Source: Candidatus Micrarchaeia archaeon (GTDB taxonomy: Archaea > Micrarchaeota > Micrarchaeia > Burarchaeales > JAVZCV01). Taken from it: 51,590 nt of DNA. The position numbers and the translations under genes are program-made. Numbering within the stretch: the first letter of the stretch is position 1; each line of letters opens with the position of its first letter. The notes beneath the pieces are model-generated. The model searched no databases. It was given only the letters and a program-made list of their open reading frames with translations, and was not told the DNA's origin. Positions 29,215 through 38,469 of this stretch are shown piece by piece. The stretch lies in the NCBI GenBank assembly GCA_038874215.1, contig JAVZCV010000005.1:1-51590 (forward strand), read 5' to 3'.

Positions 29215-30270
29215 TTAGCCTATTATCTCTATGTCTGGATAGGGGACTGCTTCCATATCCTCTATTTTCTTCCCGAGGATGCTTGCGCCCTTTACGCCAG
29301 TAACTATTGCCACAAGCTCAAGCTTCCCGTCGTAGCCCGGTATTATCCTCGCACCCCACTTCACGTTCGCATTCGGATCCATCCTCTCAGTCACTATCTC
29401 TCCTGCCTGTATCGCATCACCGAGCGTAAGGTCTGAGCCGCCTGATATATGTATCAATGCGCCGTTTGCACCTTCAAAGTCCACGTCAAGCAGCCTGTTT
29501 TTCAGAACTCCCTCTGCTGCGCCTCTCACTTTGTCTGTACCCTTTCCTTCACCCACTGCTATGAAGCCCACACCTCCGCCCTCCATTATCGCCTTAACAT
29601 CCGCAAAATCTATGTTTATCAAACTCGGTTGCGTTATCGTCCAAACAAGCCCTCCAACTGCTTTTGCCAGTATCTCATCAGCAACAGCGAATGCTTCGTT
29701 CATCGGAAGGTTTGGCACAAGCTGCACGAGCCTGTTGTTGTCAAGGATTATTACGGAGTCCGTCACTTTTCTGAGTTCCTCTATACCCTTCTCTGCCTTT
29801 ACCTTTCTCGCCCTTTCAAGGTTAAATGGGTACGTTACCATCGCGACTGTTATGGCGCCTTGGTCCTTTGCGATTTGCGCTATAACAGGTGCTGCACCCG
29901 TTCCCGTTCCTCCTCCCATACCTGCACACAGGAACACGAGGTGGGCGTTAGATAGCACTTTCTCAAGAAGCGGTCTGTCTACCTCGGCTGCCTTCGTACC
30001 GACTTCTGGGAAGCCACCCGCCCCAAGCCCTTTTGTAACACTCTTCCCTATCAGAATTTTCTCAATCTGGTCGCTCAGCATGGTGAGGTGCTGTTTATCC
30101 GTATTAACAGCTACAAGGTCGCATCCCTTAACACCTGCCTTCACTAGCCTCTGCACTGTGTTGTTTCCTGCTCCCCCTACACCAATCGTCACAATCTTTA
30201 TTCGGTCGGAAGAAAAGCTGTCTTGGGCAAGCTGGCGCTCGCCGACTACGTTTTTTATTATGCTTTCCAT
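29215..30270 (-). CDS. ftsZ: Cell division protein FtsZ (archaeal FtsZ2-like), second copy
   Basis: GVGGAGNN, GMGGGTGTG, SLINIDFAD; start MESIIKNVVGE parallels MEDLINSVIGE of the neighbour. Confidence 0.96.
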   Translation of the reverse strand: MESIIKNVVGERQLAQDSFSSDRIKIVTIGVGGAGNNTVQRLVKAGVKGCDLVAVNTDKQHLTMLSDQIEKILIGKSVTKGLGAGGFPEVGTKAAEVDRPLLEKVLSNAHLVFLCAGMGGGTGTGAAPVIAQIAKDQGAITVAMVTYPFNLERARKVKAEKGIEELRKVTDSVIILDNNRLVQLVPNLPMNEAFAVADEILAKAVGGLVWTITQPSLINIDFADVKAIMEGGGVGFIAVGEGKGTDKVRGAAEGVLKNRLLDVDFEGANGALIHISGGSDLTLGDAIQAGEIVTERMDPNANVKWGARIIPGYDGKLELVAIVTGVKGASILGKKIEDMEAVPYPDIEIIG

Positions 30271-30389
30271 TCTGATCGCCTGCTTAGTTGTTGTATATAG
30301 GATATTTAAATAACTTTCGTTTTTTGGATTTTTACGAATACAAAAAAGCATACTCGTGTAATATCAAATTCTTTCTCCCTCTTTTCTTT

Positions 30390-31022
30390 TTACCCGTATA
30401 CAGGTACATACTTATTTTTACGTAATAAGGCAGGAGGGCATGGCAAAACGATTTCTCCATCCCTTCCCTTCAAACATTCGTGCATACCCTGCAAATATAA
30501 AAGTGCAGTAATCGCGCATGCAATCGCATCAAGCTCGTCCTGTGACAATCCTTCGTTTGCAGGCAAACCAAGTTTTCTTGCCCATGCGCATATCCCCTTC
30601 TTGTCTCTCCTTCCTACCCCAAAAACATCGTATGTAGCGCCAGGGAAAACCTCAATCACACTTGCTATTCCCAATCGCTGAATTTTTTTCTTAAGATTCA
30701 TACCCCTTTTCGTAAGCATGCGCATTGGGCCGAGTGTTATCGGGAAAAAGCGTATTCCCTTCTCCCTAAGCATGATGTCGCACTCCCTAAAATGCTTTGG
30801 AGATTTCTTATCAATAGAGTCTCTCCCATGAGGGAGAGAAAGCGGTGCATCTATTGCTACGATACACGGCTTATTCTCACAAATAATCCTGATTATCTCC
30901 TCGTCTGTATGCAGCACCATCGTTTTAGATGACATCCTCCTGCCAGCAATGCAAATTATGCAGCAACCAGTTTTTCTTCTCTCGCTTCCAGCGAGGTCAA
31001 TCCCGACTATTTTGATACCCAT
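30390..31022 (-). CDS. DUF429 predicted nuclease (RNase H-like fold)
   Basis: VGIDLAG, AIDAPLSLP, RECD, IEVFPGA and DELDAIACA motifs. Confidence 0.85.
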   Translation of the reverse strand: MGIKIVGIDLAGSERRKTGCCIICIAGRRMSSKTMVLHTDEEIIRIICENKPCIVAIDAPLSLPHGRDSIDKKSPKHFRECDIMLREKGIRFFPITLGPMRMLTKRGMNLKKKIQRLGIASVIEVFPGATYDVFGVGRRDKKGICAWARKLGLPANEGLSQDELDAIACAITALLYLQGMHECLKGRDGEIVLPCPPALLRKNKYVPVYG

Positions 31023-31067
31023 AGCAACACATTATAATTTTGCCGCATATAGTTTTTGGGTGTTTCT

Positions 31068-32084
31068 GTGATAATCGGGCTTACCGGCGAAAACTGCGCA
31101 GGAAAAGGAGCTGTTGCAGATTATCTTGAGAAAAAAGGATTTGCGCGTTTCTCCCTTTCGGACGTAATACGGCAAGAGCTAAAGCGAGAGGGAAGGCGGA
31201 TAACGCGCGATTCCCTAATAAAAAAAGGGAACGAACTGAGAGAAAAATATGGTGCAGGCGTATTGGCGAAGATGATAAAAGAACAGTTTTCTGGCGAGGC
31301 AAACATAGTCATAGACTCAATAAGGAATCCATCAGAGGTTGAGGAACTTAGAAAATCACCCAACTTTTTTCTCCTTTATGTAACGGCACCCGCAAGGATA
31401 CGGTTTGAAAGAATGAGAGAACGTGGAAGAGAAAGCGACCCAAAGACTTTCGCTCAATTCCTGAAATTAGAGAAAATGGAAGCCGCAAATAAGGACAAAA
31501 ACGCACAACAGCTCACCGCATGCTTTAAAATGGCAGACGCCAAGATTGACAATAGCGGAACTTTTGATGAACTTCATGCAAAGGTGGATAAACTTCTCCT
31601 ATGTCTTGCATCTCGGATTAAGTTTGAAAGGCCAGACTGGGATGAGTATTTCCTAAGAATCGCGAAAGTAGTCGCAACGAGAAGCAACTGTGTAAAGAGG
31701 CATGTTGCCGCCGTTATCGTGAAGGACAAACGGATTATATCAACAGGTTACAACGGAACACCGCGTGGCGTGAAAAACTGCTATGAAGGGGGCTGCCCCC
31801 GTTGCAATTCATACTGTGAAAGCGGGAAAAACCTTGAGGAGTGCGTTTGCTCCCATGCAGAAGAAAACGCCATAGTGCAGGCAGCCTACCACGGAATAAG
31901 CGTAAAGGATTCCATCCTATATACTACATACTCACCTTGCTTGATATGCACAAAAATGATAATAAATGCAGGCATAAAAGAGGTTGTTTATAATGCCCGC
32001 TATCCACTTGAAAAAACATCAATAAAACTGCTGAAAGAAGCTGGTGTTAAGGTGAGAAAATTCAACTTCAAAGAGCAGGGTTAG
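31068..32084 (+). CDS. P-loop nucleotide kinase-like domain fused to dCMP deaminase
   Basis: IIGLTGENCAGKG and IDSIRNPSEV (dephospho-CoA-kinase-like); RPDWDEYF, STGYNGTP, HAEENA and PCLIC (Zn deaminase); GTG start after GGGTG. Confidence 0.9.
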   Translation: MIIGLTGENCAGKGAVADYLEKKGFARFSLSDVIRQELKREGRRITRDSLIKKGNELREKYGAGVLAKMIKEQFSGEANIVIDSIRNPSEVEELRKSPNFFLLYVTAPARIRFERMRERGRESDPKTFAQFLKLEKMEAANKDKNAQQLTACFKMADAKIDNSGTFDELHAKVDKLLLCLASRIKFERPDWDEYFLRIAKVVATRSNCVKRHVAAVIVKDKRIISTGYNGTPRGVKNCYEGGCPRCNSYCESGKNLEECVCSHAEENAIVQAAYHGISVKDSILYTTYSPCLICTKMIINAGIKEVVYNARYPLEKTSIKLLKEAGVKVRKFNFKEQG

Positions 32085-32121
32085 CCCTGCAACCTAACGG
32101 ACGTCTATGCTTGGTGTTTGC

Positions 32122-32655
32122 ATGGAAGGCGAAACAAAAAAAGACAAGGGGGAGAATTTTTTCCTCACACCGCTAGTAAGCCATGAGTCTACTGATAGGG
32201 AAAAAAAGATTATGGCGATTTTCAAAGAACTTCGTGAAGCAGGCATACCCATCCCATACATTTTTAACACGCCCTCAGAAGAACACAAATTCCGAACGCT
32301 TGCAGAGGTATATAAAGAATACAATTTCTCAAAAAGCGAAATCAGCGAAATCTACACAGCACTTTCTGGTTTGAATGAGCCTTACCCAGATATGGACATA
32401 CGCGAGTTTTTAGATACTGTCTCATCACACATGGGCGTTATTCTCGAAGGGAGAAAAGCATGCATGGAACACTTTAAAAAGGAGATTGATAAGCTCGATA
32501 ATGCATCCAAGCTTGTGCAGGATGAGGATTTTGAGAAAGCAAAAAAACAGCTGGAAAAAGAGGAATTCATATGCCTTGCCGCATGCATGCTCCCAAAAGA
32601 CCTAATTAACAAGTTAATACTAAAGGCGAAGCCAAAGAAAACACGTAACCCATGA
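32122..32655 (+). CDS. Hypothetical protein
   Basis: Charged helical ORF; ATG after GGTG. Confidence 0.6.
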   Translation: MEGETKKDKGENFFLTPLVSHESTDREKKIMAIFKELREAGIPIPYIFNTPSEEHKFRTLAEVYKEYNFSKSEISEIYTALSGLNEPYPDMDIREFLDTVSSHMGVILEGRKACMEHFKKEIDKLDNASKLVQDEDFEKAKKQLEKEEFICLAACMLPKDLINKLILKAKPKKTRNP

Positions 32656-32672
32656 GGACTTTAAGAGCCGCA

Positions 32673-33953
32673 CTAAACTATCCTCTCCCACTTCTCTATA
32701 TGGACAGTTTCCGAAAGCGTCCTTCTCTTCTTTTTCATTTCAGACAGTATGCGCCCCTCATTTTTGTAAACTTCAAGCGCTCGGTTAGCCACTTCAAGTG
32801 CCTTCTCAGCAGGAACAACAACGACACCGCTTTCGTCCCCTATTATCCAGTCCCCAGGCTTTATACTTGCTCCCCCTATTTTTATCTCAACGTTTATCTC
32901 CCCCATCCCCTTTGGCTCTCCTGCAGTCGGGCTTATACCAATCGCAAAAAGCGGGAACTTCATCCTTCTTATCTCCTCAACGTCTCTTACACACCCGTAC
33001 ACAACCGCCCCTGCTACGCCCTTATTCAAGCAACTGTGCGTAGCCAACTCTCCCCATACTGCTTTTTCACATCCGCCCGCATCTATAACTATGACATCCC
33101 CCTTCTTCGCCGTATCTATAGCCCTAACAGGCTTCGCCCAATCCCCAGGATAAGTCCTCACCGTTACAGCCCTACCTACAAGTTTTACTCCTGTTGTAAT
33201 TGGAATGATTCCCCTTATCTCCCCATTCCTATGCATTGCATCAGATATATTCGGAGATGAAACAATTCTGAAAGCCTCCTCCAACTCCTTCTCTCCAAAA
33301 CGCCCGCGCTCTGTTTTTATACTTCTGTTTTTTTTTAAAGCAAGATGTATCTTTCTTGCAGATTCTTCTGCGTCTTCCGCCTTTGTTATAGCCGACCCCA
33401 CTATAACGATATCAGGTCGGTATTTCAATATCTCCCCAACATTGCCTGCGTCTATCCCGCCAGCAACAGCGATTTTCATTTTCGTGTGAGCAATTTTCCC
33501 AAGCATTTCAACAGGCTTCTTTCCTTTCATCTGCTGGTCTATGCCGACGTGCGCGCACACATACGTCACACCCAGCTTCTCAAATTTTTCAATTGCTTCC
33601 CCTGGCTCATCTACATTCATTATATCAACCATTATCTGAGCGCCGTACCTCCTGCCTGCTTCTACTGCTTCTTTTAAAGTGGACTCATCGCTAACTCCCA
33701 TGACAGTCACTATGTTGGCACCTGCCTTGGCCGCCATCTCCACTTCAAGGGCGCCGACATCCATCGTTTTCATGTCGGCTACAATCGGCTTATCGGGAAA
33801 AGCTTTCTTCATTGCGCGCACTGCATTCATGCCCTCCGACTTTATCAGGGGCGTGCCTACCTCTATGATATCCACATACTTCTCAACTTCTTTCGCTATA
33901 CGCATCGCCCTGTCCAAATCCACAAAATCAAGTGCAATTTGCAAAAGCGCCAT
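32673..33953 (-). CDS. hxlA: 3-hexulose-6-phosphate synthase fused to RraA/HMG-aldolase-like domain
   Basis: LQIALD, IEVGTPLIKSEG, ADMKTMDVG and HVGIDQQ (HPS); NISDAM, AVWGELAT, GCVRDV and PGDWIIGDESGVVVVP (RraA). Confidence 0.9.
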   Translation of the reverse strand: MALLQIALDFVDLDRAMRIAKEVEKYVDIIEVGTPLIKSEGMNAVRAMKKAFPDKPIVADMKTMDVGALEVEMAAKAGANIVTVMGVSDESTLKEAVEAGRRYGAQIMVDIMNVDEPGEAIEKFEKLGVTYVCAHVGIDQQMKGKKPVEMLGKIAHTKMKIAVAGGIDAGNVGEILKYRPDIVIVGSAITKAEDAEESARKIHLALKKNRSIKTERGRFGEKELEEAFRIVSSPNISDAMHRNGEIRGIIPITTGVKLVGRAVTVRTYPGDWAKPVRAIDTAKKGDVIVIDAGGCEKAVWGELATHSCLNKGVAGAVVYGCVRDVEEIRRMKFPLFAIGISPTAGEPKGMGEINVEIKIGGASIKPGDWIIGDESGVVVVPAEKALEVANRALEVYKNEGRILSEMKKKRRTLSETVHIEKWERIV

Positions 33954-34038
33954 GCGTCTATAATGAGAAACAAGTTTAAGAGTTTTTCATACTCCCGGAT
34001 GATAGGTATTTATATTTTAATATGAATACATACCTTCC

Positions 34039-35496
34039 ATGTCGCCTTCTATGCTAAAACAGATTGCCAGAGATAAGTCTCTACACAATGTGCGTTTTCG
34101 GGACTTACCGCCTCGCACACAAGCCCAAATCATCGCGGAATTCATGCGGTTAAAAGAGCGTTTGCAGATACCTGATGAGAATTTTACTGGGTTCATTAAT
34201 GGTTTTGCAGCAGCCAAGAGACCATCACAAAGCAGTGATGACTTCAGAGCGCTCTACAATGCGGTTGTTAGGATAGGCGAACGCGAATTTCTAGAGCAAA
34301 GGTTAAACACGATACTTGAACAGATACTGCAGCTTGGTTTTGACAGAGCAAGAATATACATGCTTGACTCTGATGTTTTGAAATGCGTTGCGGCTAAAGG
34401 AGTTGAGGAAGAAACGTGGAGAACTCTTGAAGCACCACGCTCCGAACGCTCAAAATGGGGGGTATGGCACGCTTTTCTAAGCAAAAAAGTCGTCAACGTC
34501 ACTGATGCAAAAAACGATAGACGAATACAAAACACATCCTTGGAAAAGCTGGGGATAAATGCCTTCGCATGCATACCACTTATTGCGGCAGGCGATGTCA
34601 TAGGAGTTCTGGTTGTTGATAACAAAAATTCTGGTAAGCCGATAACATATGGACAACTGGAATCCCCCCTAATGGAGTCTCTGGCTGCTACAAGCGCGTT
34701 GTTTCTAAGGGACGCCCGTGCAAGGAAAGAAGAATCCAGAAGGCGCCAAATTCTGACAACTCTAATCGCAGCGATCGCTCATGATGTTAAAAATCCAATC
34801 ATAACTGCAGCCGGATTTGCTCGGATTTCTCAAAGATACGCTCAGGATTTTGTAAAAAAAACCGATGATGCAGGAATCCCTATTCCTGATAAAGCAAAAG
34901 AGAATCTCCAAAAAGTCTTACGCAATATGGCAATAGTTTCTCAATTGACAGAGACCGCAGAGCGTTTAGTTTCAGAACTTATGGAGTTTTTGCGCATAGA
35001 AAGCGATAATGTGCGACCTTCACCACGAGAGTTGGATCTTTCAGAATTCATCGGAGGCATCATAAAGAGTTTTGAAGCCCAAGCTAAAGAAAGAGGATGT
35101 AAGATAAACATGCAGGTTGGGGATGTAGGCATCGTTTTCTGGGACAGAAATATGGTTGGAAGCATAATCAACAACCTCGTTGAAAACGCAATAAAATATT
35201 CGCCGAATGGCGGTACGATATCAATAACAATATCCAAAACAAAATTGCGTAATGCAGACGCGATTTCAATAAGTGTTGCAGATAATGGCATCGGAATACC
35301 CGAAGAGCATCTTCCACATTTGTTTGAGCCATTCCACAGAGTTCAAACTGAGGAGACTAAAAATATAAAAGGGACGGGCGTAGGGCTTTTCATAGTGAAG
35401 GCATACACCGAGGCACACGGTGGTTCCGTTTCTGTTAAGAGCGAACACGGTGTTGGCTCAGTTTTTACAGTACTCCTGCCTACCGACTGCCGATAA
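34039..35496 (+). CDS. Cytoplasmic GAF-domain sensor histidine kinase
   Basis: GAF (AFACIPL...IGVLVVDN); H-box IAHDVKNP; N-box NLVENAIKY; DNGIGI, LFEPF and GTGVGL; no TM segment. Confidence 0.92.
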   Translation: MSPSMLKQIARDKSLHNVRFRDLPPRTQAQIIAEFMRLKERLQIPDENFTGFINGFAAAKRPSQSSDDFRALYNAVVRIGEREFLEQRLNTILEQILQLGFDRARIYMLDSDVLKCVAAKGVEEETWRTLEAPRSERSKWGVWHAFLSKKVVNVTDAKNDRRIQNTSLEKLGINAFACIPLIAAGDVIGVLVVDNKNSGKPITYGQLESPLMESLAATSALFLRDARARKEESRRRQILTTLIAAIAHDVKNPIITAAGFARISQRYAQDFVKKTDDAGIPIPDKAKENLQKVLRNMAIVSQLTETAERLVSELMEFLRIESDNVRPSPRELDLSEFIGGIIKSFEAQAKERGCKINMQVGDVGIVFWDRNMVGSIINNLVENAIKYSPNGGTISITISKTKLRNADAISISVADNGIGIPEEHLPHLFEPFHRVQTEETKNIKGTGVGLFIVKAYTEAHGGSVSVKSEHGVGSVFTVLLPTDCR

Positions 35497-35508
35497 TCTT
35501 CTATACAC

Positions 35509-36531
35509 TTATGTAGAAACAAGCATTCCGGAGAACATATAACTGAAAATCACGGTCACCAAGAAAAATATAATCAATCCCGCTATAATAAAAATAGGGA
35601 TATACTTTATTCCGTTTCTCTTGTTTCCTGTTGTTATAGATGCGATTATAAGAGCCGCAAACACCATTGTTATACACGAAGATATTATTGCAAAGATGAA
35701 GAAGTCATCACCACTGACACCCGGCTTGCTGGGTGTTAAAAACACCATACCAACAGCGGGCAAACCTCTCGGATTCTGGAGTAGTATCTGCCCCCATATG
35801 AAATCTATTATCCTTATTAGCTGATAAGAAAGCGCATAAAGAATGGGGGCACCGATTACAGAAGCGAAGAGAATAAAAATAACATACATGACCATCATCG
35901 CAGATATATCTTTACGAAGGAGTTGCATTTCTCTTATGTCCAGAGCTGTTCTCTCGAGTATCTCCGCCATCTCCCCGCCTGAGGCCATACCATCTATTAT
36001 CAAATTTACCGTCCTTTCAAGAATTCTTGACTGAAACCTTGTGCTAAGCCTTTGCAATGATTGCGCAAAAGGCTCGCCGCCAAATGTCCTCTTTGCCACT
36101 ATCTCAACTTCTCGTGAAAGCAAGCCAAACTCGGGTCTCGCCGCAAACCAAAGGGCACGGTCTATCGGCATACCTGCTCTAACATTGGAGGCTGCAAGCT
36201 GAAGAAAGTCTGGCAGGGCGTTCTCAACTTCAACACGCCTTGCATCAGTTCTAAGCATTATAAGTGAATATATTAGAAGCGGAAGACCGATTAGCACAAT
36301 AAATCCTGCAACTATGTCGTATTGCGGGAAAATCCCATGAACTACCATATATGCCGATACGGCAAGAACCAACGTAGTAGTTATCACAAAACCAGCAAAC
36401 ATCTCAGGCACGACATTTATACCCGCCATATCAAGCATTCTTGCTATGCTCCTTATGCGGTCTCTCCCGAGCATCCGACCTACAAGTTCATATATCGCAT
36501 CTGCGACTTTTGATTTTTTCATCCTACGCAC
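35509..36531 (-). CDS. Type II secretion/type IV pilus platform protein (TadC/ArlJ-like, T2SSF domain)
   Basis: LPDFLQLAASNVRAGM, EFGLLSREV and SGGEMAEILE, followed by TM helices. Confidence 0.88.
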   Translation of the reverse strand: MRRMKKSKVADAIYELVGRMLGRDRIRSIARMLDMAGINVVPEMFAGFVITTTLVLAVSAYMVVHGIFPQYDIVAGFIVLIGLPLLIYSLIMLRTDARRVEVENALPDFLQLAASNVRAGMPIDRALWFAARPEFGLLSREVEIVAKRTFGGEPFAQSLQRLSTRFQSRILERTVNLIIDGMASGGEMAEILERTALDIREMQLLRKDISAMMVMYVIFILFASVIGAPILYALSYQLIRIIDFIWGQILLQNPRGLPAVGMVFLTPSKPGVSGDDFFIFAIISSCITMVFAALIIASITTGNKRNGIKYIPIFIIAGLIIFFLVTVIFSYMFSGMLVST

Positions 36532-37455
36532 CTACGCAATGACATAGTAGTCTGGCCTTGAAGACTCTATCATCGTGAGGAAGAACCACTGGAGAATTGC
36601 GAATAGCGCTGTTAGAGCCATAAGCATATCAAAAGTCAATTTTATTGAGACGAAAGACGTTATTATAATGAAAAGCGTAACCCCAAGAGAGGGCATTATG
36701 ATCCCAAACAGCATGTAGAACATCGCAAGCGGGTTAAGCTTCTGCCCATATCTCTTTATCTCAATAATCTGTTCGCGAGATAATTGGTCCAATACTGATT
36801 CAAGCGCTTCTGCGACATCGGCGCCAGACCTCAACGAGTTGATAAGTTGCATTACTATGCGCCTGAATGCGGGTGATGGATTAAGCTCTGACACCTGCTG
36901 CATAGCTACATCGGCAGGTACGCCCATACTTATCTTTTCAACTATCTTATTAAACTCCTTGCTTGCCTCCCCATACCCGCGGCTTATACTCAGCATGGCG
37001 TCAAAAAGTGGAACACCAGCCTTTAATTCTATCAGCATCTGCTTACCAGCAAAAACGAGTTCTCTATCAACTTCCTTCATCCTTCTCTTTATCTTTACAA
37101 TCGGCAGCTGCAACGTGTAAAAGAAAAACAACACCATAACTACAGGAAAAACAACAAAGGTTAGAAATGCTGGATGTATCGGAAATCCCATCCTATCCGT
37201 TACTATGAAAACTACCACTAAAACAGTCAATGCAAGTATGGCTGATTGTAGGATTGCATATGAAATATACTCCTGAGGAGTTTTGTTTATTCCTGCCTGT
37301 GCAAGTTGTTTCTTGAGCTCTGGAAAGCGGAGGGTTAACATGTTTATTATTGCCTTACTATACCTTACTCCTACACGTTTTATTTTTCTATCAGCTTCCG
37401 CAGTCGTTTTTGAGGTAGCAGGGACAAGTACACGACTTTTTTCTTCTACCATCAA
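36532..37455 (-). CDS. Type II secretion/type IV pilus platform protein (TadB/C-like, T2SSF domain)
   Basis: ELKAGVPLFDAM, YGEASKEF, SGADVAEAL and YGQKLNPLAMFYM. Confidence 0.88.
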   Translation of the reverse strand: MMVEEKSRVLVPATSKTTAEADRKIKRVGVRYSKAIINMLTLRFPELKKQLAQAGINKTPQEYISYAILQSAILALTVLVVVFIVTDRMGFPIHPAFLTFVVFPVVMVLFFFYTLQLPIVKIKRRMKEVDRELVFAGKQMLIELKAGVPLFDAMLSISRGYGEASKEFNKIVEKISMGVPADVAMQQVSELNPSPAFRRIVMQLINSLRSGADVAEALESVLDQLSREQIIEIKRYGQKLNPLAMFYMLFGIIMPSLGVTLFIIITSFVSIKLTFDMLMALTALFAILQWFFLTMIESSRPDYYVIA

Positions 37456-37477
37456 ATCAACATCGCTTATATCATAT

Positions 37478-38452
37478 TTAAACTCTTCTCTTGCTTTTCA
37501 CAAGTTCTTCCAATTCGGCAAGAGATCTTATCCTCGTTTCAAGTGTCGTCTGGAGGAGTTTTTCTCTAAGTAAATCCTCCCTTACATTTATACCAAGGAC
37601 TTCCTCTATACTTCTTCCGTGAGTTATCACTTCCCTAGACTCTTCAACCTCTCTCGTAAGCTTGAGCTTTTTAAGCTCTTTTTCCTCTTCCGGCGTAAGC
37701 AAAACTTTCTTTTCTCTTATTTTTTTCATCCAATCATAAGGAATTACCAGCCTCTTAACTTTTTTTGAGGGCAACATACCTATTTTTCGTTCCTCTCCCT
37801 TCACTTCTGCTGACGACTTTCCAAAACTCCGCTCAGTAACCTCTAACTCTCTGATTACTTGGTCTTGCTTTACGGCTTTCATCTGCTCCTCTGTTTTTTT
37901 CATTGGTTCACGTACCTCCACTGTTGGTGGTGGCATAGGTTTCTGCACTGGAACCTCCTTAACATAACCAGGACCAACTTTAGGCGGCGCGAGCAAAATT
38001 TCATCGGAAAGCTGAATTGAATTCCTCAATTCCTTTTCGTGTTTTGGGGGAGATGGCGGCTCAAGAGGTCGTTTTGCTGGGGCCTCTTGCTTTGTAGAAG
38101 GAGGCGTTTCCTTCTTTACATCCTCCTGTTTTACCACCTTCTCTATTCCCTCCCCTGATATCGTCGGCCTTTCTACTGGACGTGGCGCTTCAATCTTTGG
38201 CTTCGGTGCAGTTATCCCCGTTTCCCTTTTTACATCGCCCTTAGGTTTTTCTATCTCGTATCCGATTTTTGCCTCGTGCTGGGCGATTTCTGCAGAAATC
38301 TCATTAAAAGTGTATGAAACAGGTTTCGGGGATCTATCCTCTTCCTTCGTAATACTAACGTCTATCTCTATTTCTACCCCCTTTATTATCCTCTCCTCAT
38401 AACTTATAATCTCACCAACAGCATACTCAAACAATATTTCAGTCTCAAACAT
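37478..38452 (-). CDS. Hypothetical low-complexity protein (Pro/Glu/Lys-rich) in the pilus operon
   Basis: Co-oriented between the ATPase and platform genes; disordered middle, helical C-terminus. Confidence 0.7.
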   Translation of the reverse strand: MFETEILFEYAVGEIISYEERIIKGVEIEIDVSITKEEDRSPKPVSYTFNEISAEIAQHEAKIGYEIEKPKGDVKRETGITAPKPKIEAPRPVERPTISGEGIEKVVKQEDVKKETPPSTKQEAPAKRPLEPPSPPKHEKELRNSIQLSDEILLAPPKVGPGYVKEVPVQKPMPPPTVEVREPMKKTEEQMKAVKQDQVIRELEVTERSFGKSSAEVKGEERKIGMLPSKKVKRLVIPYDWMKKIREKKVLLTPEEEKELKKLKLTREVEESREVITHGRSIEEVLGINVREDLLREKLLQTTLETRIRSLAELEELVKSKRRV

Positions 38453-38469
38453 ATGCTACACGCCATCAA

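Noticed and set aside
28193-30313. Long plus-strand ORFs opposite ftsZ, and similar shadow ORFs at 20461-21084, 32652-33260 and 40776-41435
   Set aside because: They are antisense to well-supported genes and have no motifs; typical codon-bias shadows.
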